Shown here piece by piece: positions 23,336 to 33,047 of a stretch of DNA of 64,000 nucleotides; within the stretch, counting starts at the first letter, position 1, and every line of letters starts with the position of its first letter. The translations under genes were made by a program, and so were the position numbers. The stretch is from Kiritimatiellia bacterium. GTDB taxonomy: Bacteria > Verrucomicrobiota > Kiritimatiellia > RFP12 > UBA1067. The stretch covers positions 896,001 through 960,000 of the forward strand of contig JBMNFY010000017.1 in the NCBI GenBank assembly GCA_050949565.1, read 5' to 3'. The notes below the pieces were generated by a model, which was given only the letters and a program-made list of their open reading frames with translations, was not told where the DNA came from and ran no database searches.

Positions 23336-24370
23336 TCACTCTGCCCAGCCGTGGGCTTCGCGCACCTTCAGCATTGCCCCGAGGATGCTGTTCCAAGTGC
23401 CGGGGCGCATCATCACCTCGTTGGTGAACATGCAGCCGTCCCAGCAGATGTGGCGGATCGTCTGTGTCAGTTCGCCGTTTTCATCGCGCAGCCACTGACC
23501 CGCGCACCAGACGATGTCCAGCTTGCCGTTGGGGTCGTCCGGCAGACAGTGGCGGCCGGTCTTGTCGTGCGAGCCTTGGCCCTTGACCGTGGCGTCGTTC
23601 TGCGCCACATGGAAGTCGATCGTCCACGGGCGCAGGGCGGTGGCGAGCTTCGTGTAGGCGGCACGGAAGGTCGCGGTGTCGGACCAGTCGAAATTCTCCG
23701 GCAGGATACGCGCTTCGGGCGCGTTGTAGCCCATCAGATAGAGCATCGTGTGCGCCAAGTCGGCCTGGAAGCCCAGAGCCTTGGGACGGTCTACGCCTTC
23801 GAGCACGTCGAGCATGGCACGCCATGAATGCATGCCGCCCCAGCAGATCTCGCCCTCGGCGGCCAGCCACTCGCCAGCATCCTCCGCGATGTCACACGCC
23901 TGCTTAAAGGAGTCGATGATCATCCGCGTATTGCCGGCGGGGTCTTTGGCCCAGTCGGCGACACCGCCCGATGAATCGATGCGAACGACGCCCGACGGGC
24001 GCACACCCAGTTCGCGCAGCCGCTGACCGATGCGGCACGCCTTGCGCACCTGATCCAGCCAGTGGGCACGTTTCTCTTCGCCACCAAAAGCGCAACCGCT
24101 CCACACAGGCGCCACCAGCGAACCGACGGCCAACCCTTTGGCCGTCACGGTATCCGCGAGGCGCTTGAGGTCGTCATCCGTCGAATCGATATCGACATGC
24201 GGCGCACTGAGGAAGAGATCGATGCCATCAAACCGGGCACCGTCCACGCAGGCCGCCGTGGTGAGATCGATCATGGTCGAGAGTTCAATGATCGGCTCGG
24301 GCGTATCGGGACCTTTGCCTACGACACCCGGCCAAGCGGCATTATGCAGTTTCGGAAAAGTGTTAGACAT
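23336..24370 (-). CDS. Xylose isomerase-like TIM-barrel protein (sugar isomerase/epimerase)
   Basis: AAEGEICWGGMH, QADLAH, FHVAQND and HICWD metal-ligand pattern. Confidence 0.82.
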   Translation of the reverse strand: MSNTFPKLHNAAWPGVVGKGPDTPEPIIELSTMIDLTTAACVDGARFDGIDLFLSAPHVDIDSTDDDLKRLADTVTAKGLAVGSLVAPVWSGCAFGGEEKRAHWLDQVRKACRIGQRLRELGVRPSGVVRIDSSGGVADWAKDPAGNTRMIIDSFKQACDIAEDAGEWLAAEGEICWGGMHSWRAMLDVLEGVDRPKALGFQADLAHTMLYLMGYNAPEARILPENFDWSDTATFRAAYTKLATALRPWTIDFHVAQNDATVKGQGSHDKTGRHCLPDDPNGKLDIVWCAGQWLRDENGELTQTIRHICWDGCMFTNEVMMRPGTWNSILGAMLKVREAHGWAE

Positions 24371-24406
24371 AATATTCTCCTTTCTTAAGCAGATTGTTTC
24401 TCACAC

Positions 24407-24507
24407 AAGGCTCTTGTAAAACACTTCGTGGCATGGGCGTCCCGCCCATGAAGCACGGGCAGGATGCCCGTGCTACACCTGCAAACAAAGGGTTTTGGAT
24501 GAGCCTC
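24407..24507. mobile_element. Degenerate MITE (101 bp) with a REP doublet
   Basis: AAGGCTCTTGTAAAAC ... GGGTTTTGGATGAGCCTC; same interior as 14289-14389. Confidence 0.8.
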
Positions 24508-24545
24508 ATGTCAAAAAACCTTTGTGCCTTTGTGTGAGGTTAAGT

Positions 24546-25805
24546 TCAGCTTTGCTGGCCGATCTCCGGCGCGTCCGGATTCACTTCGGGGCCGAAGTAG
24601 CGCAGGATCTCCAGCGGCTCGCTCTCCGAGGCGTTCACATAGGTGACACCCGCGCGCGCGGCATCGTGCACCACGAAGAACTCGTCGTCCGTGATGTCGT
24701 AGAAGCGGATCATGTTGGGGCTGGAGATGCGCTGGCCGTTGATGGTACCCTCGCCCTGCACAGTGATCAGGCAGTAGGCGCCGTTGTCCTTGATGGTGCA
24801 GGAGCAGCCGGGCAGCACGGTCAGGCGCTTTGCGGTGACGCACTGCCAGCCCTTGACGCGGCCGTAGTTGATCCAGTAGTCCAGATATCCGTCCTGCTCA
24901 GAACCTCCCGCCAGCACCGGCTCGAGGAAGTGGTTCTTGTAGAAGTGTGGATCGGTGTTCTCCTTGAGATCGACCATGCCGGCGATGAAGTCCAAGTCCT
25001 TCTGCTTGTTTTTGGGCACGTCCTTGACCAGCAGCGACCACGGCACGTAGTTCTCATCGACCAAATTCTGGAACATCGCGAACACATCCGAGCCCCACTG
25101 CGGCTCGTAGGTGCAGAGCGAACCCGGCGCGTGCAGCACGTTCGGCGGCACAAACCAGCCGGTACCGACCTTCAGGCGGTAGGCCTGCGAGATGTCGGTG
25201 ATACCGTTATCGCCTTGGTTCCAGCGCTCGAGACAGCGGACGATGTCCGCCTTGGTCGTGCCGGGCACCAGACCGAAGAAGGTGTAGGGGAAACGCGCGC
25301 CCAAGTTGTTGTGCTGCGGCGGGAAGTAGTAAGACTCCGGCTTGCCCTCCTGCCCCACCAGCTTAGCGAGCTTGTCGTCCTGATGCAGGTGGTGCGGCAG
25401 CGGTCCGAGGTTGTCGAAGAACTTGCTGTAGACCGGCCAGCGCTGGTACTTCTTCCAGATCTTCGCGCCGACGATCGTGGCACCCAACCCGGCCACCACA
25501 TCGCGCAACAGCACGCGCTTGTTCTCGAAGACCACATAGCTCAGGCCCTCATCCGGAAGACGCCCCTCGTTCGCCGCCTCGGTGGTCGAGCCGAACCAGC
25601 GCTCGTCGATACCGCCGCGGTTAAGTCCGAAGGCATAGAGATCATCCGGGTGAAGCTTCAACCTGCGTCCGGGATAACAGAACGAACGCGGCACCCAGTT
25701 CGGTGTCAACCGCAACACGCCGTTGCCCGCATTCAGCGCGGCATCCGCAACGCTATTCACATTCTTTTTGACAGTCTTCAACTCTTTTACTGATCGAGCG
25801 CCCAT
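24546..25805 (-). CDS. Cupin-fold protein related to mannose-6-phosphate isomerase
   Basis: LPHHLHQ, KPESYYF and VLHAPG..YEPQWGSD resemble PMI Zn-ligand motifs; first gene of a sugar operon. Confidence 0.7.
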   Translation of the reverse strand: MGARSVKELKTVKKNVNSVADAALNAGNGVLRLTPNWVPRSFCYPGRRLKLHPDDLYAFGLNRGGIDERWFGSTTEAANEGRLPDEGLSYVVFENKRVLLRDVVAGLGATIVGAKIWKKYQRWPVYSKFFDNLGPLPHHLHQDDKLAKLVGQEGKPESYYFPPQHNNLGARFPYTFFGLVPGTTKADIVRCLERWNQGDNGITDISQAYRLKVGTGWFVPPNVLHAPGSLCTYEPQWGSDVFAMFQNLVDENYVPWSLLVKDVPKNKQKDLDFIAGMVDLKENTDPHFYKNHFLEPVLAGGSEQDGYLDYWINYGRVKGWQCVTAKRLTVLPGCSCTIKDNGAYCLITVQGEGTINGQRISSPNMIRFYDITDDEFFVVHDAARAGVTYVNASESEPLEILRYFGPEVNPDAPEIGQQS

Positions 25806-26162
25806 GATGGCTAACCTCCCTTTCTTACAAATCGTGAGACCAAACAGAATACACTTAAATCATACACGTCCACCCTTGACATGTCTTGTAAAGGCTCGTT
25901 TGATATGTGTATTTAATCGGCGCGTTCTCTCGACTCGACAAACGGGTTTCCGCCCGTTACCATTCTTTTCTGTGTTCTGGCACCCCATCGGGCTGGGAAA
26001 ACCAACAAAGAACGAGTTGTTTCTCACACGAAGGCGCTAAAGGAAACAGGGTGTTATGAAAAAACCTTTGTGTTCTTTGTGCCTTTGTGTGAGATTGAAT
26101 TGGGGTACGGGCTAAGCTCGCGTTAGGCACTATCGGTGATGCACACAACCTAAGGAAGCTTG

Positions 26163-27458
26163 ATGAACATGCGTACATTGGGAATCGGATGTTTAGTACT
26201 GGTCGGAGTGCTGGCTTTCGGCCAGCCTGAAAAAGACTTTTTCTTCAAGAACAACGACTCGGTTGTTTTTCTGGGCGACAGCATCACCCAGCAAAAGCTC
26301 TACACCACCTACATCGAAGCCTACACGCTGACGCGCTTCCCGGACCACCGTTTCTGTTTCCGCAACGTGGGCTGGGGCGGTGATACCGCGTGGCTACGCC
26401 AGCGTTTCAAGACGGATGAGAAAGCGCTCTTCTCCGCGACAGGTGCCGTGCTGGACGAGATGGTGGAAAAAGCGGTACGGGCCGGCCTGAAGCGCGACGT
26501 ACTGCCGCACAAGCCCACGGCCGTCACGGTCAAGTTCGGCATGAACGACCATGCCTATCAGGCGTTCCGCGAAGACATCTGCCGCGCATATGTACGCAGC
26601 CAAGGCGAAATCGTGGACACCCTCATGAAGGAAGGCGCCCGCGTCGCCCTGATCACTCCGCAGCCGATCGAGGACAAGTCCCCGGTCGAACACGACAAGA
26701 ACGTGAAGAACCAATCGCTGCACAAATTTTCCGCCGCCCTGTACGACGTGGCGGCTGCGCGCAATGCGTGGTTCGTGAACCTGTTCGAGCCTTATATGAA
26801 ACTCATGCTGACCGCGCGCGCTGCCAAGCCGGACGCCATGATCGGCGGCGGTGACGCCGTACACCCGGGGCCGGTCGGTCATACGCTGATGGCATGGATC
26901 ATCCTGAAGCAACTCCAAGCGCCGATGCTGGTCTCCTGCTGCGAAGTGGATGTGTCGCGCTGGTTCTTCCTCAGCAAGATCAAACGCCAAAGGAACTGCA
27001 CGCTCTCCGATGTGCAGGTCAGGGACGGCGTTGTCAGCTTTGACCGGCTCGACCACGCGCTGCCGATGCCGATCGACACCAGAGCCACGGCCGCCCTCTC
27101 GCTGGCACCGATCACCGATGATCTGAACCGCTACAAGCTAAAGGTCGAGGGCCTCAAGGCCGCGAACTACGCCCTGACCATCGACGGTCTGCACGTCGCC
27201 GATTTCAGTCGCGAAGATCTTGCCCGCGGGGTAGACCTAGTGAATTACTCCACGCCGAACTCCGCACAGGCGCTCCAAGTCCTGGACTTGGTGTTCAAAA
27301 AGAACGACGCCTATTTCGAGCGCTGGCGCAAGGTGCAACTCGCAAACGGTCCGGCTGAAAAAATGGCCGAACTGGACCTGCGCATCGCCGACCTTGAGGC
27401 GCAGATTGATGTCGCGCGCAAACCCAAGCCGCACCGCTTTGAACTGACACCTCTTTGA
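26163..27458 (+). CDS. Secreted SGNH/GDSL hydrolase
   Basis: FLGDSIT, GWGG, FGMND and DAVHP blocks; signal peptide. Confidence 0.9.
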   Translation: MNMRTLGIGCLVLVGVLAFGQPEKDFFFKNNDSVVFLGDSITQQKLYTTYIEAYTLTRFPDHRFCFRNVGWGGDTAWLRQRFKTDEKALFSATGAVLDEMVEKAVRAGLKRDVLPHKPTAVTVKFGMNDHAYQAFREDICRAYVRSQGEIVDTLMKEGARVALITPQPIEDKSPVEHDKNVKNQSLHKFSAALYDVAAARNAWFVNLFEPYMKLMLTARAAKPDAMIGGGDAVHPGPVGHTLMAWIILKQLQAPMLVSCCEVDVSRWFFLSKIKRQRNCTLSDVQVRDGVVSFDRLDHALPMPIDTRATAALSLAPITDDLNRYKLKVEGLKAANYALTIDGLHVADFSREDLARGVDLVNYSTPNSAQALQVLDLVFKKNDAYFERWRKVQLANGPAEKMAELDLRIADLEAQIDVARKPKPHRFELTPL

Positions 27459-27570
27459 CATGATTTCCCGCTACGCGGGCGCATAAACGACATGATTGAC
27501 ATGACTGACATGACTGACATGATTTGGAGGGCGAGTGTCCCCACGAGCCGCCTTCCGCTGTGCGGAAGGA

Positions 27571-27746
27571 TGGTTTCAGGATCCATTGCGGAGCACCGGG
27601 AGGGACGAGCGTCTGCTCGTCCGCGGGCAAGCAGACGCTTGCCCCTCCCAGCGGCGGTCACGCCGCCACCCCGTAAGAGATCCCTGCGCCTCTGCGTCTC
27701 TGCGTTAAAAAAACGCCCGACGTTCAACGCTCAACGCTCAACGCTC
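27571..27746. repeat. Composite intergenic repeat with an internal REP doublet (copy 2, inner cassette inverted)
   Basis: Flanks colinear with 21757-21923; 27598-27649 is the reverse complement of 21784-21835 with one mismatch. Confidence 0.8.
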
Positions 27747-27773
27747 TGCGGGCGGGGACGCCCGCGCTCCCGA

Positions 27774-28736
27774 CTGCGCATCTTTCGGCCGCACTCCCCT
27801 TTCCTGTGTCTTCTGTTAGCTGTCTGCGGGATGCTTGCCTTCTCGCACGGGAACGCACAACCGGCCGCCAACCGCTTCGTGGGATACCGTTCCGGCTTTA
27901 ACCGCGACACGCTCGCGTTGCAGATCCTGCTCGACCGCCAACACCTCTCCTGCAACTGCGTTGACGGCGTGTGGGGACTGCGAACAGAAATCGCGCTGGT
28001 GACCTGGCAGACGCTCAATGGCCTGCCCCCCACCGGCATCCCCGACGCCGCCGTGCTGGAAGCACTCGGCGGCGATGACGACGTGCTGACGCGCTACACC
28101 ATCACCGCCGCCGATGTGGCTGCCCTAGGCCGGGTGCCGCAGGATTGGGAAGAGCGTGCGCGACTCAAGGCACTGCCCTACGAGACCCTGCAAGAGTTCC
28201 TGGCCGAAAAAGGCCACGCCTCGCAGCGGGTTATCGAACGCCTGAATCCCGGCCTGTCCTGGCCGAATCCGCCGGTGGGCAGTGAAGTCGTGTTGCCGAA
28301 CTGCGCGTATGACAAGCCCGCCAAGGCCGGCTCGATCCGCATCTCGCTCTCACGCACCGAGGTGACGGTTTTCAATCCTGAAGGACAGCTTGTCGCGCTT
28401 TTCCCATGCTCGATCGCGCGTGAAAAATCCAAGCGGCCTGACGGCGAGGTCTCGGTCAAGGCTGTCGCACAGAACCCCAACTACACCTACGACCCTCAGC
28501 TCTTTGTACCGGGCGGCTCTAAAAAAACCAAACTCCTCATTCCGCCGGGGCCGAACAATCCGGTGGGGCTCGCCTGGATCGGCCTTTCGCTACAGGGCTA
28601 CGGCATCCACGGCACCCCCACTCCGGAACATATCGGACGTGCCGAATCCAAGGGATGCTTCCGGCTCGCCAACTGGAACGCGGTCAAGCTACTCGCGATG
28701 GTAGAGCACGGCACGCCAGTCGTGATCGAGGAGTAG
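27774..28736 (+). CDS. L,D-transpeptidase (YkuD) with peptidoglycan-binding domain; start uncertain
   Basis: LQILLDR..VDGVWG..T, PPGPNNPVG and YGIHGT..IGRAESKGCFRL. Confidence 0.88.
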   Translation: MRIFRPHSPFLCLLLAVCGMLAFSHGNAQPAANRFVGYRSGFNRDTLALQILLDRQHLSCNCVDGVWGLRTEIALVTWQTLNGLPPTGIPDAAVLEALGGDDDVLTRYTITAADVAALGRVPQDWEERARLKALPYETLQEFLAEKGHASQRVIERLNPGLSWPNPPVGSEVVLPNCAYDKPAKAGSIRISLSRTEVTVFNPEGQLVALFPCSIAREKSKRPDGEVSVKAVAQNPNYTYDPQLFVPGGSKKTKLLIPPGPNNPVGLAWIGLSLQGYGIHGTPTPEHIGRAESKGCFRLANWNAVKLLAMVEHGTPVVIEE

Positions 28737-28743
28737 GCGTAGG

Positions 28744-29193
28744 CTACGGCAGTCTGCCGCGTGCTGCGTCGACTGCGGTTTTGCGGAAGGCCTGGGCGGC
28801 TTCGTGCGAGCAGGCCGGCACCACTTCCGCCGCAAAGGCGGCGCTCTTGGCCATGCAGGCGCGCCCTTCCGGCGTGGTATAAAAGGTGGCTAGCGCACGC
28901 AGCTCCGCCTCATTGAAGTGGCGCAACAGCGCTGTGCGGATGATGCGGCGTAGTTCGATGACATCAACGTTGCGCATGAAAGCGTCGTGCGCCCGCGTCT
29001 GCTTTTCGGGTCGCGTGTAGGTTGCGGCGTAGGGCCGCGCCAATTGCGCCATCATGATCTCCGGCGGAACGATATCCATCAGCGCATCGGCATACTGTTC
29101 TGCAGTGGTCGGCGTCGGGGCGACCGGCGTGGCGGTACGGCATGCGCCGACCAAGACAAGCGGCGCGAGCCAGAAAAGAGGACGTACGTTCAT
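28744..29193 (-). CDS. DUF2059-like lipoprotein
   Basis: Lipobox VGAC; FNEAELRALATFYTTPEGR motif; ATGA overlap with the upstream gene. Confidence 0.75.
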   Translation of the reverse strand: MNVRPLFWLAPLVLVGACRTATPVAPTPTTAEQYADALMDIVPPEIMMAQLARPYAATYTRPEKQTRAHDAFMRNVDVIELRRIIRTALLRHFNEAELRALATFYTTPEGRACMAKSAAFAAEVVPACSHEAAQAFRKTAVDAARGRLP

Positions 29194-30347
29194 GTTGGAA
29201 TCTCCTGTCGGGCCGACGCGGAAGCGTCCAATACGCTCCGGTAGACGGCCTCTGTGGCGTGAGCCGATTTTTCCCAAGTGAATTCGGCAGCCTTGCGGTA
29301 GCCGGCCTCGATCTTCTCCTCGCGAAAAGCCGGCTGATCGAGCAACAGGCTCACCGCGCTGGCAATGGAAGTGCGGTCACTCGGATCACAGGTGACAGCC
29401 GCCGCGCCGCAATTTTCGAGGACCGCGCCGCCCGAGCAGACCACCGGACAGCCACAGGCCATGGCTTCAATCGGCGGCAGGCCGAATCCTTCATCATGGG
29501 AGGGAAAGACGAAAGCCTGCGCCAGCGAATAGAGCACGGGCAGGTCTTCAGCGCTGACATAACCCGTGAGAATCACGCGATGGCGCACACCGTTCCGGTG
29601 GATGGCCGCATCGATCACCGCAGCGGCAGCAGAGTCGGCCGCACCGGCTAGCACGAGATGCAGATCCGGCCGCTCGCTTTGTACGATAGCGAATGCGTCG
29701 ATGAGACTGAGGATGTTTTTGCGTGATGTCAGGTCGCCGACAAAAAGCAGGAACGAGGTGGGCAGGTCGTAACGCTGGCGCACAGCCTGCAAGCGCGCGT
29801 GATCGGCGCAATGCGTCATCGCCTGTGAAAGCCCGGGCGATATGACGTGGATACGTTCTTCGCGCACCGCGGGGAAGCGTGTCAGGACGGTGTTTTTGAT
29901 ATAGGACGAGAAGGTGATGATCGCGGCAGCTTTTTTGACCGAAGGGGGAATCAGCAATTTGTAATGCAGGATATTGCGCGTGCGACAGAATTGGGGGTGA
30001 GTCATCACATGCAGGTCATGGATCGTGAGCACCAAGGGGCAGGGCGTCAACAGCGGAGCGACATAGGCGGGCGCGTGCAACAGAGGCGCGCGGGCGCGCA
30101 ACAAAAGCAACGGAAGCACGGTTTGTTCCCACGCGATACGCAACAGACGCGAGCGCGAAGCCGCCGCGCAGATCGTCCGCAGACGCACATGCGGCGCAAC
30201 GGGGATGGCGCGGTGTCCGGATGGAACACAGACGCAGGTTCGGAGCGAACCATACCGCGCCAATGCGCATGCCAACTGATGTACCGTCACTTCCACACCG
30301 GAATACGGTTCACGCAAGACCATGGCATTATAGAAAATCTCTGGCAT
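29190..30347 (-). CDS. Glycosyltransferase family 4
   Basis: TIHDL, RKN and FVFPSHDEGFGLPPIEAMACG motifs. Confidence 0.93.
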   Translation of the reverse strand: MPEIFYNAMVLREPYSGVEVTVHQLACALARYGSLRTCVCVPSGHRAIPVAPHVRLRTICAAASRSRLLRIAWEQTVLPLLLLRARAPLLHAPAYVAPLLTPCPLVLTIHDLHVMTHPQFCRTRNILHYKLLIPPSVKKAAAIITFSSYIKNTVLTRFPAVREERIHVISPGLSQAMTHCADHARLQAVRQRYDLPTSFLLFVGDLTSRKNILSLIDAFAIVQSERPDLHLVLAGAADSAAAAVIDAAIHRNGVRHRVILTGYVSAEDLPVLYSLAQAFVFPSHDEGFGLPPIEAMACGCPVVCSGGAVLENCGAAAVTCDPSDRTSIASAVSLLLDQPAFREEKIEAGYRKAAEFTWEKSAHATEAVYRSVLDASASARQEIPT

Positions 30348-30458
30348 GTGGGTTTTAGTATATAGGATATGTCAGATAAAAAACAGCGCCATGCTTTTAC
30401 CCCACCGTTGCGAGCCACTGCGTGGTCGCAACGATCGATCCCGATCCCGATTGGGGTG

Positions 30459-30647
30459 GAACCCTGAAACCCTGAAACCCTGAAACCCTGAAACCCTGAA
30501 ACCCTGAAACCCTGAACCCTGAAGCCCTGAAACCCTGAAACCCTGAAACCCTGAAACCCTGAAACCCTGAAGCCCTGAAACCCTGAAACCCTGAAACCCT
30601 GAAACCCTGAAACCCTGAAGCCCTGAAACCCTGAAACCCTGAAACCC
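30459..30647. repeat. Octamer tandem repeat (CCCTGAAA) of about 23 units
   Basis: Visible directly; three CCCTGAAG variants and one 7-bp unit. Confidence 0.97.
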
Positions 30648-30714
30648 AAATTGACGGGGGAACAACGGACTTGTTATTCTGAAAGCATCCTAACTAACGG
30701 AAGAAAGGAACACA

Positions 30715-31152
30715 ATGATGAAAACGATGCGTGTACTGTTGTCTATCTGTGCTTGTGCCCTGCTGGTGATGGCCGGCTGTAAGAAAGAATCGGCGGCGGA
30801 AGCCGGTGCGGCACCTGCGGCCGATGGAGCCGCCGCGAGCAGTGTGCTTGATCTTGACGACACGACCTTCGCCGCAGCGACCGCGCAAGGCGTGGTGCTT
30901 GTCGATTTCTGGGCCCCTTGGTGCCCGCCCTGCCGCGCGCAAGGACCGATCATAGATGCCGTAGCCAAGCAGCTTGGCGACACCGCCAAGGTCGCCAAAG
31001 TAAATGTCGATAAGGCGAAGACCACCGCCCAGACGTTCGGCGTCCGCAGCATTCCCACGCTTGTGGTCCTGAAAGACGGCAAGACCGTCAAGTCTTTCAC
31101 CGGACTGACGCAGGCGGATGCCTTGGTGGCCGCCGTCAAAGAGGCGCTGTAA
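30715..31152 (+). CDS. Thioredoxin with a lipoprotein signal
   Basis: Lipobox MAGC, DFWAPWCPPC and cis-Pro SIPT. Confidence 0.9.
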   Translation: MMKTMRVLLSICACALLVMAGCKKESAAEAGAAPAADGAAASSVLDLDDTTFAAATAQGVVLVDFWAPWCPPCRAQGPIIDAVAKQLGDTAKVAKVNVDKAKTTAQTFGVRSIPTLVVLKDGKTVKSFTGLTQADALVAAVKEAL

Positions 31153-31199
31153 AAAGCGCCACCTGACCATATTGCCAACACCCTGAACAAAGGATTTTT

Positions 31200-31934
31200 A
31201 TGCGCACGACCCTTTTCTTGTTCGCCGCCCTCGCGGCTGTCCTTCACACCGTAGCGGCCGAGCCCCAGACGGCACCGGCCGAGACGCCCGGCATGACCCG
31301 CATCTTCAACGGCAAAGACCTGACCGGCTGGGAGGGCGATCCCTCGCTCTGGTCGGTCAAAGATGGTGCCATCCGCGGCGAGACAACCGCCGAGAATCCA
31401 GCCCAAGGCAACACGTTCCTGATCTGGAAAGACGGCACCACGAAGGACTTCGAACTCCGCCTCTCTTTCCGCTGCACTGCCGCGAACAACTCGGGTATCC
31501 AGTACCGCTCCACGCGTCTGCAGAGCAAACCCGGTGCCAAGAACCAGTGGCGCCTCAAGGGTTACCAGCACGAAATCCGCAACGAGCAGAAACTGCCGAA
31601 TGTCGCCGGGTTCATCTACGACGAAGGCGGCAAGCGCGGCCGCATCTGCTTGGTCGGCGAGCAGGCGATATGGACCGACGGCAAAAAGCAGGTGCAGGCG
31701 TCACTGATCGACGGCGAGGCGTTCAAGGCGCTTTTCAAACTCAACGACTGGAACGATGTCGTGATCGTAGCCAAGGGCAACCACATGCGCCACTATCTGA
31801 ACGGCCGACTGATCCTTGACTTTACCGACGACCCTGCGCTGGCTCTGCTGGACGGCGTGCTGGGCCTGCAACTGCATGCCGGGCGGCCGATGTGGGCGGA
31901 GTTTAAGGATATCCGCATCAAGACGTTGGAGTAG
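31200..31934 (+). CDS. DUF1080 (3-keto-disaccharide hydrolase family) protein
   Basis: FNGKDLTGW, NSGIQYR, WND and LQLH..FKDIRIK motifs; signal peptide. Confidence 0.9.
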   Translation: MRTTLFLFAALAAVLHTVAAEPQTAPAETPGMTRIFNGKDLTGWEGDPSLWSVKDGAIRGETTAENPAQGNTFLIWKDGTTKDFELRLSFRCTAANNSGIQYRSTRLQSKPGAKNQWRLKGYQHEIRNEQKLPNVAGFIYDEGGKRGRICLVGEQAIWTDGKKQVQASLIDGEAFKALFKLNDWNDVVIVAKGNHMRHYLNGRLILDFTDDPALALLDGVLGLQLHAGRPMWAEFKDIRIKTLE

Positions 31935-32041
31935 TGACGATTTTATTTGCACCTTTCTTGAGAAAGATGCACGCCGCCTGCGCTTGCGTGCGGCTTCTTG
32001 GTCTTGCTACAGTGAGTACTACGAAAGGAAGGAAATCCATT

Positions 32042-33037
32042 ATGATTAAGCATGTTTTGTTTTTCGGTGCGCTCATTTCCGCATGCACGGTCTCGGCAGC
32101 CGAAGTCATCAAGGTCGGTATCATCGGCCTCGACACCTCGCACAGCGTCGAGTTTACCAAACTCCTGAACGCCGACACCGTCGAGCCGCAATACGCAGGC
32201 TGCCGCATCGTGGCGGCCTATCCGCAGGGCAGCCGCGACATCGCCTCCAGCACCAACCGCGTGCCGGGGTACATCGAGAAGGTCAAGCCGTTCGGCGTCG
32301 AGATTGTCGACTCGATCGACACCCTGTTGAAAAAGGTCGATGTGGTGTTGCTGGAGAGCAACGACGGGCGTGTCCATCTGGAGCAGGCGCTACCGGTTTT
32401 CAAGGCGGGCAAGCGCGTGTTTATCGACAAGCCGATCGCCGGCTCGCTGCCGCATGTGCTGGCGCTCTTTGAGGCGTCCAAGCGCTACAACGTGCCGATG
32501 TTCTCCTGCTCGTCGCTACGCTACACGCCCAAGACCCAAGCCCTGCGCAACGGCCAGCACGGTGCAATCGTGGGAGTCGAAGCCTACAGTCCCTGTGCAC
32601 TTGAAGCCACGCATCCCGATCTTTTCTGGTACGGTATCCATGGCGTGGAAACGCTCTTCACGCTGATGGGCACCGGCTGCGAGTCGGTCGTGCGCGTTTC
32701 CTCGCCCGGCACAGATCTGGCGATCGGCACATGGCGCGAGGGACGTATCGGCACCTTCCGCGGCAACCGCGAATCGCGCAATGGCTACGGCGCGACGGTC
32801 TTTCTGGCGAAGGGCCTGCAGCGCGTTGACGATTTCAAGGGATACGGCCCGATGCTGGCGGAGATCGTGACCTTCTTCAAGACCGGTGTCGCGCCGGTCA
32901 AGCCGGAGGAGACGATCGAGCTGTTCACCTTCATGGAGGCCGCCGACGAGAGCAAGCGCCGCGGCGGTGTGCCGGTGCGCCTCGATGAGGTTCTGGCCAA
33001 GGCCAAAGCTGAAGCGGCGAAAATCCCGCTGGAATAA
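32042..33037 (+). CDS. Secreted Gfo/Idh/MocA oxidoreductase
   Basis: Signal peptide; GIIGLDTSH, FIDKP and WYGIH; ATG after a GAAAGGAAGGA RBS. Confidence 0.88.
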   Translation: MIKHVLFFGALISACTVSAAEVIKVGIIGLDTSHSVEFTKLLNADTVEPQYAGCRIVAAYPQGSRDIASSTNRVPGYIEKVKPFGVEIVDSIDTLLKKVDVVLLESNDGRVHLEQALPVFKAGKRVFIDKPIAGSLPHVLALFEASKRYNVPMFSCSSLRYTPKTQALRNGQHGAIVGVEAYSPCALEATHPDLFWYGIHGVETLFTLMGTGCESVVRVSSPGTDLAIGTWREGRIGTFRGNRESRNGYGATVFLAKGLQRVDDFKGYGPMLAEIVTFFKTGVAPVKPEETIELFTFMEAADESKRRGGVPVRLDEVLAKAKAEAAKIPLE

Positions 33038-33047
33038 TGCCGTCCGT

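Noticed and set aside
30459-30647. Possible CRISPR array, or the ORFs 30287-30649 and 30372-30665 (FQGFRVSG repeats)
   Set aside because: Contiguous 8-bp units with no spacers and no cas genes; the ORFs are translations of the microsatellite
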